Positions 1-9,956 are shown, numbered from the stretch's first letter. The stretch is 64,000 nucleotides of DNA from Dehalococcoidia bacterium (GCA_046497565.1 JAWOFK010000092.1:836-64835), one strand, 5' to 3'. Program-made: numbers and translations. The notes: a model not told the origin generated them from the letters alone.

Positions 1-2
1 GC

Positions 3-749
3 TTGCCCCCCGTTCAAGCAACCTATAAGGCTCTTTTTGAGGCGGGCGCTGAAGCATTGAAATGGGTAGGGGCTGTCGGCGCCTTCAGTGGTGAGGCAAT
101 TGGATTAGGATTTCCGGCTGCATTCGGCGGGTTTACCAAGGCGCCTTTTGATGTGATCGGCGATACCCTCAGAGGAACCAAGGGGGTAATGCTGGACATG
201 TACCGTCAACCGGGAAAGCTCCTCGAAGCCATGGACAGACTAACCCCAATCATGATTAAAATGGGCGTCGGCGCAGCACAGATGAACGGACATCCGCTGA
301 TATTCATACCTTTGCATAAAGGCGCCGATGGTTTCCTCTCCGATGAGCAGTTCAAGAAATTCTACTGGCCCACCTTTCGAAAAGTCATGATGGGCTTAAT
401 CGATGAGGGAGTTGTACCATTGCCTGCGGCCGAAGGGCGCTGGACCACGCGGCTCGAGGTCTTGAAGGACATACCTAAGGGTAAGACGCTCTGGATGATT
501 GACCAGAGCGACATGGCCAAAACCAAGAAAACACTGGGTACCGTTGCCTGCCTCGCCGGCAACGTGCCATCTGACCTGTTGCTGCTGGGTACAACCCAGC
601 AGGTGAAGGACTGTGTAAAAAACCTTATCGACTCTGCTGGCAAAGGCGGCGGTTATATCATGTGCAATGGAGCATTCTTCGACGAGGCGAAGGCGGAAAA
701 CGTCAAAACCATGGTTGACTTCGCCAAGGAATACGGCGTATATAAATAG
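3..749 (+). CDS. Uroporphyrinogen-decarboxylase-fold methyltransferase (MtaA/MtbA-like MT2 methylcobamide methyltransferase), 5' end cut by window edge
   Basis: The ORF is open to the window start. The C-terminal part of the URO-D/MT2 fold is present (GGGYIMCNGAFFDEAKAENV). It lies next to corrinoid-activation and methyl-THF methyltransferase genes. Confidence 0.7.
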   Translation: MPPVQATYKALFEAGAEALKWVGAVGAFSGEAIGLGFPAAFGGFTKAPFDVIGDTLRGTKGVMLDMYRQPGKLLEAMDRLTPIMIKMGVGAAQMNGHPLIFIPLHKGADGFLSDEQFKKFYWPTFRKVMMGLIDEGVVPLPAAEGRWTTRLEVLKDIPKGKTLWMIDQSDMAKTKKTLGTVACLAGNVPSDLLLLGTTQQVKDCVKNLIDSAGKGGGYIMCNGAFFDEAKAENVKTMVDFAKEYGVYK

Positions 750-799
750 ACGTAAAACGGGCGAGGTGGTAGCATGAGACCAAGAGGAAAGGCTGTGCT

Positions 800-1489
800 G
801 TGCCTTTAATCCGTGATGTTCCCCTGGGCTTGAAAATCGGGGAGGTGCTGCGGCGGCAGGGGTTCAGGAGGAATTCCAAAATCAGGCCGGAGATAAAGAC
901 TTTGATCGGGGAACTGCTCGCCGGCGTCAGTAATGCCCAGCTCTTGGAATCAGCTGTTGCTTATGAAATATATACGATGGCTGAGATAAGCCGGCGGCAG
1001 TTATCGCCAAAGGGTGACACTGCGGTTGGCGGGTCGTTATTGCCTTCGCTTTTTCCTGCGGCTGAAGAGCTGGCCCTGGCCGTTTGTACTATCGGTCCCG
1101 GACTGGAAGAACGGGCGGCAGACTACTTCAAGCAGGGGGAGCCGTTGCGGGGTATCCTGCTGGACGGCATTGGCAGCGCCGCCGTGGACTCGCTGACCGA
1201 GGAAGCTTGCAAGTTGATAGCGGACGAAGCGTCATCCCGCGGCTACGAGGCGGGCAGCCCTATCAGCCCGGGTATGCCTGGTTTGCCAATTACAGAGCAG
1301 TGGCAGTTGTTCGAGATGGTGCCGGCACAGGAAATTGGCGTGAGCCTGACCGCGGGAGGAATAATGGTCCCTCGCAAATCAGTTTCCATGGCCGTCGGCA
1401 TCGGACCGCAGATGGCAAAGTGGACGCGAACTGAAGTCTGTGCCCGCTGCCACCTCAAGAAGACCTGTCCTCACCGACTACGTGACTGA
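800..1489 (+). CDS. Standalone methionine-synthase (MetH) reactivation-domain-like protein
   Basis: GTG start preceded by GAGGAAAGG; 229 aa. From memory it resembles the B12-dependent Met synthase activation-domain family found beside corrinoid methyltransferases. C-terminal CARCHLKKTCPH Cys motif. Confidence 0.5.
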   Translation: MPLIRDVPLGLKIGEVLRRQGFRRNSKIRPEIKTLIGELLAGVSNAQLLESAVAYEIYTMAEISRRQLSPKGDTAVGGSLLPSLFPAAEELALAVCTIGPGLEERAADYFKQGEPLRGILLDGIGSAAVDSLTEEACKLIADEASSRGYEAGSPISPGMPGLPITEQWQLFEMVPAQEIGVSLTAGGIMVPRKSVSMAVGIGPQMAKWTRTEVCARCHLKKTCPHRLRD

Positions 1490-1506
1490 TAGTAATTAGA
1501 AAGATA

Positions 1507-3366
1507 ATGACTGCTTCTACCATTGATTTTGAGCCGGTAGGTCGAAGAGGGGAGTGTGAAAAAAGTGAGTCTCTTCTGGCTTGTGCTCGCCGGCTCGGTG
1601 TAGGCATCAGCAGCATATGCGGGGGCAAGGGAACGTGCCACGCATGCAAGATACAGGTTCTGAGTGGTACTGTCTCCAAGCCAACGCCCAGCGAACGTGA
1701 CGCATTTACCTCTCAGGAACTGAAGAAGGGATGGCGGCTGGCCTGCCAGACTTATCCCGCCGGCGATGTCAGAGTGATGGTGCCCGCTGAGACAATGACC
1801 ACATCCCAGCGAATTCAGGTGGAGGGGCTGGAGACAAAAGTTCGCCTAGAGCCAGCCGTTCAAGCTCGCCGCTTGGTACTGGCAGCTCCCTCCCTGTCGG
1901 CGCCACAGGCCGATGCCGACCGCTTGCTTCAGAAGCTAAACCGGCGACGTAGGCTACGCTGCCTGAGGGTTGATATTGACGTATTGCGCACGCTTTCTGA
2001 CCGGCTGCGGTCTTGGGACTGGAAGTGCCAGGCTATGGCCCGCCATGACGAGGTGATAGTCCTCCTTCCTACCTCAAGCCGCCGGTTGGGGTTAGCCATA
2101 GACCTGGGCACCACCAAGATTGCTGGCTATCTGGTTGACCTCGGCGACGGTCGGACTCTGGTGGCCAAAGGGGTAATGAACCCCCAGATTAGCTATGGAG
2201 AGGACATCGTTAGCCGTATCAACGGGGTGGCGAAGTCACCGGAGAGGGGCCCGCAGTTGCAGAAGCTGGCGGTTGACGCCATCAATGAGCTGTGCGCTGA
2301 CTTGTGTGCTGAGGTCGGCGTTAACACCGAGGAGATTGTTGAGGCAGTGGTCGTAGGCAATACCGCCATGCACCACCTGTTCCTCAATCTGCCGGTGAAA
2401 CAGCTTGCCCGCTCTCCTTTTGTGCCTGCCGTCAGCCAGGCCGTAGAGGCTAAGGCTCGCGACCTGGGCCTGGATATCGCTCCCGGAGCCTACGTGCACC
2501 TGCTGCCCAACATCGCAGGTTTTGTTGGTGCTGACCATGTGGCGATGTTGCTGGCAACGGAAGTCAGGCAGGCCGAAGGACCGGTAGTGGCTCTGGACAT
2601 CGGGACTAATACCGAGATTTCCCTGGTAAACAACGGAGAGATGGCCACCGTTTCCTGTGCCTCCGGTCCGGCGTTCGAAGGCGGTCATATCAAATATGGT
2701 ATGCGGGCTGCCGCGGGCGCTATTGAACGCTTGCGAATAGCCGGCGATAGCATCCAGTACCAGACTATTGACGAAGCACCGCCCGTTGGCATTTGCGGGT
2801 CGGGCATACTTGACGCCCTGGCCCAGCTTTATCTGGCCGGAATCATTGACGAGGGCGGGAGGATAATGGACAAGCGACCTCGCGTCCGTGCCTACAAGAG
2901 ACAGCGTGAGGTCGTATTGGTGGGCAAGGAGGAACGAGGCGGGCAGCCAGCTATCACTATCACCGGGCACGATGTGAGAGAGTTGCAGCTGGCTAAGGCG
3001 GCTATTCGTAGCGGCATCCAGGTGCTTCTGCAAGAAAGCGGCTGCGCCGAAGACGATGTCAAGCAGGTCGTCATCGCCGGAGCTTTTGGTACTTACATCG
3101 ATCTAGCCAGTGCGGTGACGATCGGCATGTTGCCACCATTGCCCCTGAACCGCTTCCGCCAGGCAGGAAACGCTGCTGGCATGGGAGCCAAGCTGGCTCT
3201 GATTTCCCTCAAGCAACGAACTGAGGCTCAGGTTATTGCCGCAGAAGCCAAATATATTGAACTGGCCAGTGTTCCCAGCTTTGGGCCGACTTTCATTCAG
3301 GCAAGCTACCTGGGGCGATATCGAATCATAAACGGCAGAAGGGAGAAACTGACTGATGGAGACTAG
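1507..3366 (+). CDS. Corrinoid reductive activase (RACo/RamA/AcsV-like): N-terminal 2Fe-2S ferredoxin plus ASKHA ATPase domain
   Basis: N-terminal plant-type ferredoxin Cys pattern (CGGKGTCHACK...C). ASKHA motifs are present (LAIDLGTTKIAGYL, ALDIGTNTEI, GICGSG). 619 aa. Confidence 0.85.
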   Translation: MTASTIDFEPVGRRGECEKSESLLACARRLGVGISSICGGKGTCHACKIQVLSGTVSKPTPSERDAFTSQELKKGWRLACQTYPAGDVRVMVPAETMTTSQRIQVEGLETKVRLEPAVQARRLVLAAPSLSAPQADADRLLQKLNRRRRLRCLRVDIDVLRTLSDRLRSWDWKCQAMARHDEVIVLLPTSSRRLGLAIDLGTTKIAGYLVDLGDGRTLVAKGVMNPQISYGEDIVSRINGVAKSPERGPQLQKLAVDAINELCADLCAEVGVNTEEIVEAVVVGNTAMHHLFLNLPVKQLARSPFVPAVSQAVEAKARDLGLDIAPGAYVHLLPNIAGFVGADHVAMLLATEVRQAEGPVVALDIGTNTEISLVNNGEMATVSCASGPAFEGGHIKYGMRAAAGAIERLRIAGDSIQYQTIDEAPPVGICGSGILDALAQLYLAGIIDEGGRIMDKRPRVRAYKRQREVVLVGKEERGGQPAITITGHDVRELQLAKAAIRSGIQVLLQESGCAEDDVKQVVIAGAFGTYIDLASAVTIGMLPPLPLNRFRQAGNAAGMGAKLALISLKQRTEAQVIAAEAKYIELASVPSFGPTFIQASYLGRYRIINGRREKLTDGD

Positions 3367-4201
3367 AGTATCGAGTGCCAAGAAAGAAGTAGTCATTGCT
3401 GAAAACCAGCCCACGGTGCTCATCGGCGAGCGCATCAATCCTGCGGGTAAGAAAAGACTGGCCGAGGCCCTGAAAGCGGACGACCTGGAGATTGTTCGCA
3501 GCGAAGCCCTGGCTCAGGTGCAAGCCGGAGCGGATATTCTGGACATTAACGTGGGTGCGTTCGGCGTCGACGAGGTATCCATGCTCCCCTGGGCGGTTCG
3601 GGCAGTGATGGAGGCGGTAGATGTACCTCTATGCATTGACAGTAATAACCCGGCAGCACTGGAAGCAGCAATAAGAATCTACAAGGGCAAACCGCTCATC
3701 AATTCGGTTACCGGCGAAAAAGATTCCTTAACCAGGGTACTGCCTCTGGTCAAGGAATATGAGGCGGCAGTCGTCGGCCTGGTACAGGACGACGAGGGCA
3801 TCCCCAAGGACGCGAAACGGAGGGTAAGCATTGCGCATAAGATAGTGGACCGTGCCGAGGCAGCCGGAATCGACCCGGAGAACATTGTCATTGATTGCCT
3901 GGCTTTCGCCGTGGGAGCTGAAACCAGCTCGGGATTGGCAGTCATGGAAGCCATCCGGGCGATTAAGGCTGAATTGGGAGTGAACATGACACTGGGAGCC
4001 AGCAATGTCTCGTTTGGCTTGCCCGACCGTGACCTGCTGAATAATGCCTTCGTGGCCATGGCTATTGCGGCTGGTATCACCTGCCTCATCACGGATGCAG
4101 CAAAGGTCAGGCCAACCGCTGTGGCCGCCGACCTCGTCCTTGGTCGCGATAAGTATGCCCGACGCTATATCGAAGCTTATCGGCAGCGCCAGAAGAAGTA
4201 A
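3356..4201 (+). CDS. Methyltetrahydrofolate:corrinoid methyltransferase (pterin-binding MeTr/AcsE/MtrH-like)
   Basis: Pterin-binding TIM-barrel signature (LIGERINPAGKK, GADILDINVG, PLCIDS, GASNVSFGLP). It overlaps the upstream gene by 11 nt, suggesting translational coupling. Confidence 0.85.
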   Translation: METRVSSAKKEVVIAENQPTVLIGERINPAGKKRLAEALKADDLEIVRSEALAQVQAGADILDINVGAFGVDEVSMLPWAVRAVMEAVDVPLCIDSNNPAALEAAIRIYKGKPLINSVTGEKDSLTRVLPLVKEYEAAVVGLVQDDEGIPKDAKRRVSIAHKIVDRAEAAGIDPENIVIDCLAFAVGAETSSGLAVMEAIRAIKAELGVNMTLGASNVSFGLPDRDLLNNAFVAMAIAAGITCLITDAAKVRPTAVAADLVLGRDKYARRYIEAYRQRQKK

Positions 4202-4237
4202 AAACAGTAAGAAGAAGTAGGTTACAGGAAGGAGAAG

Positions 4238-5824
4238 ATGTCAACGAAGAATATATTGAGCGAGCTAAGTCGATATGAGATTGGGACCTTCGCCCATATT
4301 ATACATAGACATGCCCTCCTACAGCCAGACCGGGAAGCTTTCGTGTACGGGCCCGAGAGGATAACCTTTTCCGAGTTCAATGCCAGAGCAAACAGTTTAG
4401 TACATGCCTTGCAGTCAATGGGCGTTAAGAAGGGAGATGTAACTGGCATCTTATCCTGGAATTGCCTTGAGTATCTGGATGTCTACGGGGCAACGATGAA
4501 GGGAGGGTTCATTGCGTCGCCCTTTAACCCCAGGTTGAGAGAAAATGAGCTTGAGTACGTAATCAATTATTCGGAAGCCAACAGCCTCTTCGTGGGGCCG
4601 GAGTTAATGGAGATGGCCAATCAACTGCGACCGCGCCTGCCCAAGATCAAGAACTTCATTTCTCTTGAGGCCTCGGCTCCCGATATGTTGTGGCACCGTG
4701 ACCTGCTGGCTAGCTATTCCCGGGAAGAGCCTGATGTGCAGGTAGACGAGGACGACCCGGTGGCCATCATTTATACCAGCGGCACTACCGGTGTGCCCCG
4801 TGGTGCCCTGTATACTCACCGTCGCTTGATGGAAGACTCCAGGACTCTGGCTATAGATATGGGTCTGCAACCCGGGCATAAACGCATTCAGATAACGCCT
4901 CTGTTCCATATGGCTGGGAATACCCATTTCCGGAGCACCCTGTACATCGGGGGATGCAATGTAATCCTGAAATTTTTTGACGCCGCGGCCACGCTACAAC
5001 TTATCCAGGATGAGCGGGCCACCCATATGGACTGCGTGCCAACCCACCTGGTGGCGATGCTTAACCTGCCTGACGTCAACGAGTATGACATCAGTTCCAT
5101 GGATCTCCTCTGGTATGGAGGCTCACCCATGCCTTTGGAGGTACTGAAGAAAGGGATAAAGGTTTTTGGTCCCATTATTGCCCAGGGGTACGGGCAGACT
5201 GAAAGTGGTCCGGCCATCTCTCATCTGTCAAAAGAGGACCATAATGTCCTGGATAGACCTCAGAAGGAACAGAGAAAACTCACGTCGACGGGCAGGCCGG
5301 ATATCGGGGTGCAGGTCAGAATTGTGGATGACAAAGGCGACGATGTCGGGCTTGGTGAAGTGGGCGAGATAACAGTACGGAGTAAGCACATCATGGCTGA
5401 ATACTGGCACAGGCCGGAGGAAACCAGGGAAACCATCGTTAATGGGTGGCTTCATACCGGGGATATGGGCTACTACGATGAGGAGGGTTATATCTACATT
5501 GCGGACCGGAAGAAGGACATGATTATTTCTGGTGGGGAAAATGTCTATCCCAGGGAGGTGGAAGAGATTCTCTACCGCCATCCCGCGGTCCTGGAGGCGG
5601 CTGTCATCGGTATCCCTGACCCGTACTGGGTAGAAAAGGTGCACGCTGTGGTTGCCACAAAGAAGGGAGCAAGCACCACCGCTGATGAGCTTGTCGCCTT
5701 CTGCAAAAAGCACATAGCGGGTTATAAGGTACCAAAGAGCGTTGATTTTACGGACTCTCTGCCCAAGAACGTTGCTGGTAAGATTCTGAAGAAGGAGTTG
5801 AGGGCAAAGTACTGGAAAGGATGA
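4238..5824 (+). CDS. AMP-forming acyl-CoA synthetase/ligase
   Basis: AMP-binding motifs are present (IIYTSGTTGVPRGA, GYGQTE, GWLHTGD, ISGGENVYPREVE, GKILK). AGGAAGGAG SD before the ATG. Confidence 0.9.
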   Translation: MSTKNILSELSRYEIGTFAHIIHRHALLQPDREAFVYGPERITFSEFNARANSLVHALQSMGVKKGDVTGILSWNCLEYLDVYGATMKGGFIASPFNPRLRENELEYVINYSEANSLFVGPELMEMANQLRPRLPKIKNFISLEASAPDMLWHRDLLASYSREEPDVQVDEDDPVAIIYTSGTTGVPRGALYTHRRLMEDSRTLAIDMGLQPGHKRIQITPLFHMAGNTHFRSTLYIGGCNVILKFFDAAATLQLIQDERATHMDCVPTHLVAMLNLPDVNEYDISSMDLLWYGGSPMPLEVLKKGIKVFGPIIAQGYGQTESGPAISHLSKEDHNVLDRPQKEQRKLTSTGRPDIGVQVRIVDDKGDDVGLGEVGEITVRSKHIMAEYWHRPEETRETIVNGWLHTGDMGYYDEEGYIYIADRKKDMIISGGENVYPREVEEILYRHPAVLEAAVIGIPDPYWVEKVHAVVATKKGASTTADELVAFCKKHIAGYKVPKSVDFTDSLPKNVAGKILKKELRAKYWKG

Positions 5825-5888
5825 GCCATATCGGGCGCTATGGTGGATAGCCCCGCAGGCACGGCCCATCTTTGGTAATATGCGCGTA

Positions 5889-5917
5889 TTGACATCTCCT
5901 TGAAGACAAGCTATGAT
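5889..5917 (+). promoter_or_regulatory. Sigma70-type promoter candidate for the molybdoenzyme operon
   Basis: TTGACA (5889-5894), 17-nt spacer, TATGAT (5912-5917). It lies about 90 nt upstream of the 6006 ATG. Confidence 0.45.
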
Positions 5918-6005
5918 TTAGCCCCGTGGTTCTTGCCTGTCAGAGAAAATCCCGGAGCAATGTCAGCTCTTCGATATGCTACCAATAACCAACTAAGGAG
6001 GCAAT

Positions 6006-8126
6006 ATGGGTGTACCAGTTAGAGAAGAAGTAATCAAGTCCAACTGTCGAGGCTGTCATGGTGGGTGCGGTGTTCTCGTTCACGTGAGAGACGGCATCAT
6101 TACTAAGATTGAAGGTGACCCTGACTTTCCGACCAACCACGGCAGCATGTGCAGCAAGGGTCTCGCTTTCCACCAACTCGTGTATCATCCGGACAGGGTC
6201 AAGTATCCGCTCAAGCGAGTTGGCAAGAAAGGAGAAGGGAGGTGGGAGAGAATTTCGTGGGATGAAGCTTTCGAGACCATTGTCGCTAAACTTAAACAGG
6301 TAATAGAAGAGAATGGTGCAGAATCCATAGTACTGGCACAGGGCACCTCGAGGGAAGGCGAGTCCTTCCTGGCACGGTTTGGCAATCTGCTGGGTACGCC
6401 CAATGTTATGGCTGCCGGGCATTTCTGCTACCTGACCAGAGTTGGTGCCAGTATAGTCACCTGCGGTAATCTTCCCATAAGCGATTATGATGGTGATCCC
6501 AAGTGTGTGGTGGTGTGGGGAAACAACGTGCTCTGGACTAATCCCGATGAGTATACCGGCGAGAATCTGTGCCGGGTATTGGCACAAGGGGCGAAGCTGA
6601 TAGTGGTTGATCCCAGATTGACCTACCTGTCGAGCCGGGCGGATGTCTGGCTCCAGCTCAGGCCGGGAACAGACGGTGCTCTGGCCTTCGGCATGCTGAA
6701 TGTAATAATCAGTGAAGAGCTGTACGATAAGGAGTTCGTGGAGAAGTATTGCCACGGCTGGGACCAGTTTGTGGAGAGGGTTAAGGAATATCCTGTGGAG
6801 AAGGTGGCGGAGATTACCTGGGTGCCGGCCGAGAAGATAAGAGAAGCGGCGAGGCTATTCGCCAAGACGAGGCCGGCCAGCATTCAGTGGGGAATATCTA
6901 TTGAGCAGACCATCAACTGCATTGACAATGACCGTCTTCTGATTGACCTGGTGGCAATCACCGGTAACCTGGACGTGAAAGGTGGAAGTGCCTTCTTCGT
7001 GCCGCCCAAGGGGCAAACGATAAGCCAGTTTACCTTTCACAAAGAGCTCTCTCCAGAGCAGAGCGCCAAGTATGTGGCGGGTGAGGCTCATAAGCTCTGT
7101 CACATGATAGGGTTGGTGCCGGAGAACTATGTTTATAATGCCGTTCTTACCGGGAAACCTTACCCCGTCAGGGCGATTCTTCTGCAGGCTTCTAACCCGG
7201 TTGTCACCCGGCCTAATGCCAGGATGGTCTATAAGGCATTGAGCCAGGTCCAATTCCTGTCGGTGGCTGATTTCTTCCTCACGCCGACTGCGGAACTGGC
7301 GGATATCTTTTTGCCGGCGGCTACCTGGCTGGAGGCGGACTACACGGGTGGATTCTTCTTCCGTCATGGATACCTGTTCCCCAGGCGAAAGATCGTGCAG
7401 ATTGGCGAATGCAAGTCCGATTTTGAGATATGGAACGAACTGGGGAGAAGGATGGGACAGAAACAGTGGTCTGAGAACTACATAGGTGACCTCGACCAGA
7501 TATTAGCTCCCGGTGGACTTACCTGGGCCGATGTCAGGGACAAACCCTACCTGAGAGGAGAGGTGAAATATAGAAAGTACCTGGATAAGGGTTTCTCCAC
7601 TCCCACCGGCAAGGTTGAGCTTTACTGCACTACCTTTGAGAAGTGGGGCTACGACCCGCTACCGACATACAAGGAAGTGCCGGAGAGCCCGGTAAGCAAT
7701 CCGAAGGTGGCCAAGGACTATCCGTATATCCTGATAACTGGTGTCAGGTCACCTGTCTTCTTCCATTCTGAGCACCGCATGATTCCCTGGCTTCGTGAGT
7801 GTCATCCTGACCCCATTATTGAAATGCATCCCAATACAGCGAAAAAACATGGCATCAAGGAGGGTGATTGGGTGTATATCGAAAGCCCCAGGGGAAGAAT
7901 CAAACAGCGGGTCAATATTACACCCGGAATTAACCCTCAGGTGGTATGCATCCAGCACGGGTGGTGGTTCCCCGAAATAAAGACAGCGGACCACGGCTGG
8001 GAGCAGTCCAACAGCAATATCCTGACCGATAATGATCCCAAGACCCTTGATATAGCTTTCGGTGCCAGCAACCTGAGGACCTTGATGTGCAAAATATATC
8101 CTGTGAAGCAAGAGGAGGCAAGATAA
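6006..8126 (+). CDS. Molybdopterin (bis-PGD) oxidoreductase, DMSO-reductase superfamily, cytoplasmic, substrate unknown
   Basis: N-terminal 4Fe-4S motif CRGCHGGCGVLV...C. There is no twin-arginine signal. 706 aa with MopB-like blocks and a C-terminal molybdopterin-binding beta-barrel. AAGGAGG SD. Confidence 0.85.
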   Translation: MGVPVREEVIKSNCRGCHGGCGVLVHVRDGIITKIEGDPDFPTNHGSMCSKGLAFHQLVYHPDRVKYPLKRVGKKGEGRWERISWDEAFETIVAKLKQVIEENGAESIVLAQGTSREGESFLARFGNLLGTPNVMAAGHFCYLTRVGASIVTCGNLPISDYDGDPKCVVVWGNNVLWTNPDEYTGENLCRVLAQGAKLIVVDPRLTYLSSRADVWLQLRPGTDGALAFGMLNVIISEELYDKEFVEKYCHGWDQFVERVKEYPVEKVAEITWVPAEKIREAARLFAKTRPASIQWGISIEQTINCIDNDRLLIDLVAITGNLDVKGGSAFFVPPKGQTISQFTFHKELSPEQSAKYVAGEAHKLCHMIGLVPENYVYNAVLTGKPYPVRAILLQASNPVVTRPNARMVYKALSQVQFLSVADFFLTPTAELADIFLPAATWLEADYTGGFFFRHGYLFPRRKIVQIGECKSDFEIWNELGRRMGQKQWSENYIGDLDQILAPGGLTWADVRDKPYLRGEVKYRKYLDKGFSTPTGKVELYCTTFEKWGYDPLPTYKEVPESPVSNPKVAKDYPYILITGVRSPVFFHSEHRMIPWLRECHPDPIIEMHPNTAKKHGIKEGDWVYIESPRGRIKQRVNITPGINPQVVCIQHGWWFPEIKTADHGWEQSNSNILTDNDPKTLDIAFGASNLRTLMCKIYPVKQEEAR

Positions 8127-9778
8127 TGATCAGAGAATACAAACGTGTAACCTATGCTGAGAATTGTATGGGTTGCTTCGCCTGTGAAGTCGCCTGCAAA
8201 CAGGAGCACAATTTTCCGTTAGGACCAAGGTGGATAAGGGTCTTTCCAGATATAAGGGAGACGGGTGATAGATTGTGGTTTACTTACCTGGTTACGGAGT
8301 GCCATCGCGCGGCTACCCCGCCATGTACTGCTGCCTGTCCGGGTGGGCTAGACGTCTGGAGGTATGTGCAGCTTGCCGCAGTTGGCAGGTTCGAGGAAGC
8401 ACTGGAAGTAGTAAGGGAAACCACGCCTTTTGCTGGAGTCCTTGGTTATGTCTGCACCCGACCATGTGAGGGAGAGTGTGAACGTGGTCATATCGATATG
8501 CCAGTGGCTATCCGTTCCATAAAAGCGTTTCTGGCCGACTGTGAGACGAAAGCAGGTCGGAAAAAGGCAACGCCGTTGGAAAAGACGAAGAACGATAAGG
8601 TGGCTATAATTGGGGCAGGGCCGGCAGGGCTTTCCTGTGCTTATGACCTGGTAAGACAGGGTTACCCGGTTACCGTGTTCGAGGCTGACTCGGGTGCTGG
8701 TGGGCTCATGCGCTGGAGTATCCCCGAGTTCAGATTGCCCGGGAACATAGTGGACAACGAAATAAGCTACATTGAAGAGCTGGGGGTGGAGGTCAAGGTA
8801 AACACCCCGGTGAAAAGTCTCAATGAAATCTTCGATCAAGGGTATAAAGCCATTTTTCTGGGCATAGGTGCCGGTACCAGTCAAAGAATGGACATTCCTG
8901 GTGAGGATAGCCCGGGAGTGTTGTACGCTCTTGACTTCCTGAGGCAAGTCAACTCCGGAGTCAAGGTCGCCTTGGGAAGCAGAGTAGCAGTTATTGGCGG
9001 TGGCAATGCAGCAGTCGACGCAGCTCGAGTAGCCCACCGTCTTGGTGTTGAAGAGGTAATGCTTGTTTACCGCCGGACCCGCGCTGAGATGCCGGCTACC
9101 CCCAGTGAAGTTGAAGACATGGAACGTGAAGGAGTTAAGGTTCAGTTCCTGGCGACACCGGTCAGAGTACTATCTGATGAGAAGGGTGTGAAAGGAATTG
9201 CATGTATTCGTATGGAGATGGGTGCTGCTGATGACAGCGGTCGCCGGCGCCCTGTGCCCGTCGAAGGCTCGGAATTCACCATAGATGTTGACAATGTGAT
9301 CATAGCTATTGGTCAGGCACTGGACAAGGCCACGCTGTCTGAAGGTCTGGCCTATACGAACCGGGGGACTCTTGCTGTGGACCCGATTACTTTGCAGACG
9401 AACATTGAAGGTGTATTTGCTGGAGGAGATGTGGTATCCGGCCCCAGTGATATCATCGGTGCCGTTGGTGCAGGCGGGGAAGCAGCTATTTCCATTGACC
9501 GTTATCTCAGCGGTGCAGACATGAAGGAGGACAGGACAATAAGCTTCAGACTGATCAACGGCCCGCCCCTGGCGAAAAGCAGCAAGCAGGGCATCGTAGC
9601 CGTTCTGGATGAAAAGGTGGCCATGGCTGAAGCCAGACGTTGCTTGAATTGCGGTACGTGCGTGGAGGGGCTTGATCATGGAAAGCAGCCTGCCTGTGTC
9701 AGTGCCTGCCCTGCTCATGCCCTCTACTATCGTGATATGTGGGAGCTTACTCCGAAAACAGGTATGTATAAGCTGTAG
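8126..9778 (+). CDS. Fe-S flavoprotein: ferredoxin domains fused to a GltD-like (glutamate synthase small subunit) NAD(P)H oxidoreductase core
   Basis: Start reassigned to the ATG at 8126: GGAGG lies 8 nt upstream and ATAATG overlaps the upstream stop. N-terminal CMGCFACEVAC; GltD Cys cluster (CTRPCEGECERG); two Rossmann motifs (IIGAGPAGLSCA, VIGGGNAAVD); C-terminal CLNCGTC...CPA. Confidence 0.85.
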   Translation: MIREYKRVTYAENCMGCFACEVACKQEHNFPLGPRWIRVFPDIRETGDRLWFTYLVTECHRAATPPCTAACPGGLDVWRYVQLAAVGRFEEALEVVRETTPFAGVLGYVCTRPCEGECERGHIDMPVAIRSIKAFLADCETKAGRKKATPLEKTKNDKVAIIGAGPAGLSCAYDLVRQGYPVTVFEADSGAGGLMRWSIPEFRLPGNIVDNEISYIEELGVEVKVNTPVKSLNEIFDQGYKAIFLGIGAGTSQRMDIPGEDSPGVLYALDFLRQVNSGVKVALGSRVAVIGGGNAAVDAARVAHRLGVEEVMLVYRRTRAEMPATPSEVEDMEREGVKVQFLATPVRVLSDEKGVKGIACIRMEMGAADDSGRRRPVPVEGSEFTIDVDNVIIAIGQALDKATLSEGLAYTNRGTLAVDPITLQTNIEGVFAGGDVVSGPSDIIGAVGAGGEAAISIDRYLSGADMKEDRTISFRLINGPPLAKSSKQGIVAVLDEKVAMAEARRCLNCGTCVEGLDHGKQPACVSACPAHALYYRDMWELTPKTGMYKL

Positions 9779-9928
9779 GGTGTGGTGTAATATCGGCAAT
9801 GCCATCAAGCGGACCTCTACCTGGCCCGGCGCCCGTGATTGAAGGCTATTTCGTCTGCCTTTTCGGTATTGGATACCAGGAGGTTAACGGCTATTATGGA
9901 GGTCTGCCTACTTGCCTGGATGTATTCT

Positions 9929-9956
9929 TTGAATAATTGATTCTTTGTGTTACAAT
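9929..9956 (+). promoter_or_regulatory. Promoter candidate for rplJ-rplL
   Basis: TTGAAT (9929-9934), 16-nt spacer, TACAAT (9951-9956). Confidence 0.45.

Noticed and set aside
2236-3033. 265-aa minus-strand ORF, and similar ones at 5979-6755, 8348-9037, 9170-9808, 12639-13289, 33861-34740 and 46499-47137
   Set aside because: All lie fully inside, and antisense to or out of frame with, genes that have strong family signatures. They are long shadow ORFs, as expected in moderately GC-rich coding DNA.
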